Shown: positions 9,461 through 12,665 of the stretch, in pieces
Numbering within the stretch: the stretch's first letter is position 1
Layout of the letters: every line of letters starts with the position of its first letter
Origin: Chlorokybus atmophyticus
Lineage: Eukaryota > Plantae > Mesostigma and Chlorokybus algae
DNA: 12,665 nucleotides
Assembly: GCA_009103225.1 (NCBI GenBank)
Contig: RHPI01002823.1
Location: 769,978-782,642, forward strand
Direction of reading: 5' to 3'
The notes under the pieces: generated by a model
What the model was told of the DNA's origin: nothing
The model's database searches: none
Seen by the model: the letters and a program-made list of their open reading frames with translations, nothing else
Position numbers and translations under genes: made by a program

Positions 9461-11182
9461 TTAACCTTGTGGTCCAGTACAGTTATTAACAACAAACAAC
9501 TGAACTTCACAGCCACATCTCTCCGCAATCCTCGCCAGCACACGCGCGACCGCCGTCTCGAGCCTTCGCGGCGTGCACGTCTCTTCCGCACGCGCGCACT
9601 CCAACCCACACTCAACCACCCCTAAACTACCACAATCAACATCGTCATCACCCTCACATGCCTCTTCGCCAGCGGAGAATGCAAACGTGTCTTGCCGACA
9701 CATTTGCAGCAAAACGGCACGGACGCGCGTCAGGTTGTACCCAACATGGATGAGTTGCTTGCGCGAATGATTTGGTGATGGTGATGGAGTACCCAACTCC
9801 TCTGCATGTATCTTTTTTAGCTGGAGGATGGTTGACACGCGAAGGAAATGGAAGAAGTCCCAAAAGTGCATGCCTGCACGCATGAGTGAGAATAGAGTGT
9901 GAGTCATCACATTCGGAGTTGCGATATGCATGATATTTTGTTTATATATACACAAGCATGCCTGAATTGAGCTGGAGGTTGCGCTGGCAAAGTCCCTCAA
10001 AGTCCTCGGCAACGTCTTTGATGTCGATGATGGCCCGCTTCGCATCCTCATAATCCCCAACGAGCAAGTCCCACTGCACATATGCATACCATGTTCATGA
10101 CATGTGTGACCACACAGACCACCTTAGTCACACTTTCACCCCAACCTACCGCCCAGTGTAGGTTGCACGCGTTGATCCAATTATGGTTGATCGACACCAC
10201 ATCCGTCAGGTTGATCACTTGATGGTGCCACCCGCTCGGTACGAAAACAGCCTCTCCCGCGTGTTGCACGCACGCCAGCCACCCAACGTGCTGACGTTGT
10301 GTGTGGTGTTGTGTGTGTGTGGGGTGGGTGGAGCGCAGGTCGTGGAGTGAGGGAGGGAGAGTGCGGGCGTGCGAGGGAGGGAGGAGGAGCCAGAGCTTGG
10401 TGCCGGACACGTTGACGGACCAGGAGAAGGAGCGGAGGACGTCGGTGTGAATGCCCGTCCAGGAGCCTGCGTGTGTGTGTGTGGGTAAGGGTGGGTGTGC
10501 GTGGATGTGTATCTGTGCGTACATGTGTGCGCGTGCGCGTGCGTTTGTTTATACATGCAGACGTGTTGGGGTGTGTGTCCGCTAGGCGCCCCAAACCCAA
10601 CGTGCTCTTGTGCTACACACCTGCCGGGCCCATGTACACAAAGCGGTAGTCTGAGGCCGACACGTCCTTGTCCGCAACATCAGAGCCATCGGTGTCCCCC
10701 ACGTGCGAGCACTCCCTCTCGTCGTAGTACGCGTTCAACCAGTCGTCGCGAAAATAAACGGGAGTCTTGTAAGCCTCGTAGCTGGGAAACTCCTGCACAG
10801 ATGTGCGTGTACGTGTGCGTGCGTGTGCGCGTGTACGATGCAAATAATAGCAGAGACGTGACAGAAAACCCACAGCAGTTGAGTACACACGTTTCCTTCA
10901 CACTAACCTTCCCACCTTGACAAAGTGCCAGTCTTTCAGGTACAGCAGCTGCTGCTCAGTGTCTGTTCGATTCCGTACAGCAGAGTGTAACGACTCCCAG
11001 TATGTGATGTACTCTTTGAATGTCGTCGCGCGGCAGTCGGTGTCGGAAGTGGAAGGTGCATCGCCGCCGGCAGACCGGCACACGTGCACCTATTGGAAGC
11101 AGAGTTGTGCTAGAAGTACAAGACAAACTCACGCACATGCATACTCGCAGTCGCACATGAACACGAAGACACACGTGTGTGC

Positions 11183-11220
<38 letters not shown>

Positions 11221-11887
11221 TCGCACTCTCTCACCTGCACTTTCCCCCTCCCAAACCGCCTCATGAACTCCACATCCAGCTCTCCCCTCTCCCCGACCCA
11301 GTCTCGGCACGCTCGCCACTTGGCTGTGACCTTGGTGATAACCACCGGTCGGTTCGGCTGCATGAAGAAGGACCAGAAGCGGGCGGGGGAGAGGGATGAG
11401 GAGGGGAGGCGGGGGAGGGAGCCCAGGAGGGGGACGCTGTTGAGGGGGAGAGGGAGAGGGAGTGGGAGAGGGAGGGAGTGTGGTGAGAGGTGGGTGAGAG
11501 GTGTGCGTGGGGTGAGGGATGAGAGTGGGTAGAAGGGATGAAGGGTTGAGGTGCCCCCCATATGCATGTGTATATGTGTACATGCATGTGGGTATCTTTC
11601 ATGTGCACGTGTGAGTTGTACCTGAGGCGTGGTGCCTCCGGTGGTAGCTCAGGCGGCGGCAGCCACCACGCCTCCTCCTCCTCCTCCTCGCCGGCCTCCT
11701 CTTTATCCCGTCCACAATCTCCTCCTTCCCGCCCGCTGCTTATTCTGCGCTCTCTCTCTGCTCTCAACACCCGCAACACCGCCGCCGCCGGCGGCACCGG
11801 AACGTCATCTCTCTCCTCATTGTCCTCCTCCCCTTCCTCCTCCTCGTCGTAGTCTTTGTTGACGACGACCGTCCGCCCGTCCTGCAT
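9461..11887 (-). CDS. JMJD4: JmjC-domain 2-oxoglutarate/Fe(II)-dependent oxygenase, JMJD4 orthologue (7 exons, ~551 aa)
   Basis: Exons 11887-11622, 11436-11235, 11089-10916, 10792-10621, 10466-10150, 10073-9962 and 9873-9461 total 1656 nt, the phases match, and the stop is TAA 9461-9463. Diagnostic JMJD4 motifs are PNRPVV, LYLKDWHF, FRDDWLN, DYRFVYMGPAGSWTGIHTDVLRSFSWSVNVSGTKLWLLLPP, QHAGEAVFVPSGWHHQVINL and SINHNWIN. The HxD...H iron ligands are intact. Exon 1 and the start codon are less certain. Confidence 0.93.
11180..11218 (+). repeat. (CA)n microsatellite in JMJD4 intron 2
   Basis: Run of CA dinucleotides. Similar CA/TG tracts occur at about 7258-7318, 8425-8462 and 10470-10545. Confidence 0.9.
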
Positions 11888-11896
11888 GCCCCTTCC

Positions 11897-11898
11897 CG

Positions 11899-11925
<27 letters not shown>
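11897..11925 (+). repeat. (GCC)n microsatellite just 5' of the JMJD4 start
   Basis: About 9-10 GCC units, read as poly-Ala (GCG) in the JMJD4 frame. Confidence 0.9.
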
Positions 11926-11929
<4 letters not shown>

Positions 11930-11932
11930 AAA

Positions 11933-12175
11933 CTAGCCGTTGACAGCGTCGCCGGCGAGGTTGTTGTTGGCGCCAATGGCGGCGGCGGCGGTGGCGGCTG
12001 GGTTGGCTGTGCGCTGCACGTCGTCGTCGCTAACGCTGTGCAGGTTGTCGTCCTCCTCCTCCACCGCCTCGACCTGCAGCGGCGGGAGAAGGGCGGCGGG
12101 GCGGTGGGTTGGGGCGGCGGCTAGGGGAAGGGGAAGGGGAGTGGCGTCGTCGTCGTCGTCCTCGTCCTCGTCCAT
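11933..12175 (-). CDS. Acidic low-complexity ORF in frame with JMJD4 (upstream ORF or last exon of an upstream gene)
   Basis: ATG at 12175 gives MDEDEDDDDDATPLPLPL...EEEDDNLHSVSDDDVQ...DAVNG, ending at TAG 11933-11935. It is in the same frame as JMJD4 exon 1, with a stop-free 45-nt spacer. A candidate acceptor lies at 12205-12206. Confidence 0.4.
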   Translation of the reverse strand: MDEDEDDDDDATPLPLPLAAAPTHRPAALLPPLQVEAVEEEDDNLHSVSDDDVQRTANPAATAAAAIGANNNLAGDAVNG

Positions 12176-12554
12176 GCGGGGAGGAAGGCCAACACGCGCC
12201 ACCGCTGACGTAGGCGGAGGAGGAGTCGGCGGTGGTAAAAGTTACGGAGGCGGCGGAGGTGGAGGAGGTGCTGGAAGAGGTGGAGGTGGAGGAGCAGGAG
12301 AAGGCGCCAGCGCTGCCACAGGCATTGGAGCACTATGGGCCAGGCAAGTACTCTGGGGGGGGACTAACGTGAACTGTCATGTCGTTGTCGTTGTTGACGT
12401 TGTTGCATTGGGTCGGATGACTCGCTCTAGCAAAATCCCCTAGCGTAGCCTCAAGCAAGGTGAGCATATAGCTGAGCTTGAGCGAGTCAACCAGTGTCAG
12501 TGTTGGTAAATGCTCAATTGCGCCTGATATCTACACAATCGCACGCTTGCACAC

Positions 12555-12665
12555 TCCCTCCCTCTCTCTCTCTCCCTCTTCCCCGCTCTCTCCCTCTCTC
12601 TCTCCCTCTCCCCCGCTCGCTCTCGCCCTCGCCCTCGCCCGCCCTCGCGCGCCCGCCCGCGCCCG
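12555..12665. repeat. CT-rich and CGCC-rich low-complexity tract
   Basis: (CT)n, CTCGCC and GCCC repeats run to the window end. Confidence 0.85.

Noticed and set aside
11933-12244. Alternative genetic code (TAA/TAG = Gln), suggested by in-frame stops here and at 2137-2139
   Set aside because: The reconstructed conserved exons contain no in-frame TAA/TAG despite many CAA/CAG codons. The plus-strand gene ends at TAG 4432 followed by two more in-frame TAGs, and JMJD4 ends at TAA.
11940-12443. Plus-strand Gly/Ser-rich 167-aa ORF
   Set aside because: It is most simply the antisense mirror of the Pro/Asp-rich minus-strand sequence. It has a non-ATG start and no domain evidence.

Overview
Eukaryotic genomic DNA with short spliceosomal introns, (CA)n microsatellites and a 411-N assembly gap. 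The style resembles a choanoflagellate or similar protist, which is inference only. Most ORF-track entries are spurious or intron-fragmented, so I rebuilt the genes by hand from splice signals. The right half holds a confidently recognised 7-exon JMJD4 (JmjC hydroxylase) on the minus strand, with a GC-AG intron and an in-frame acidic ORF separated from it by a single TAG. The left half holds two divergent intron-containing genes: a C2HC-finger plus OTU-like protease running off the left edge, and an unknown protein with a fungal DUF6532-like motif pattern. A cluster of hairpins built on one 10-bp motif sits between them. They are followed by a 53-bp tandem array with a palindromic core and an AT-rich island. 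This left block may be part of a large DNA mobile element, but no transposase, helicase or terminal repeat is visible in the window.
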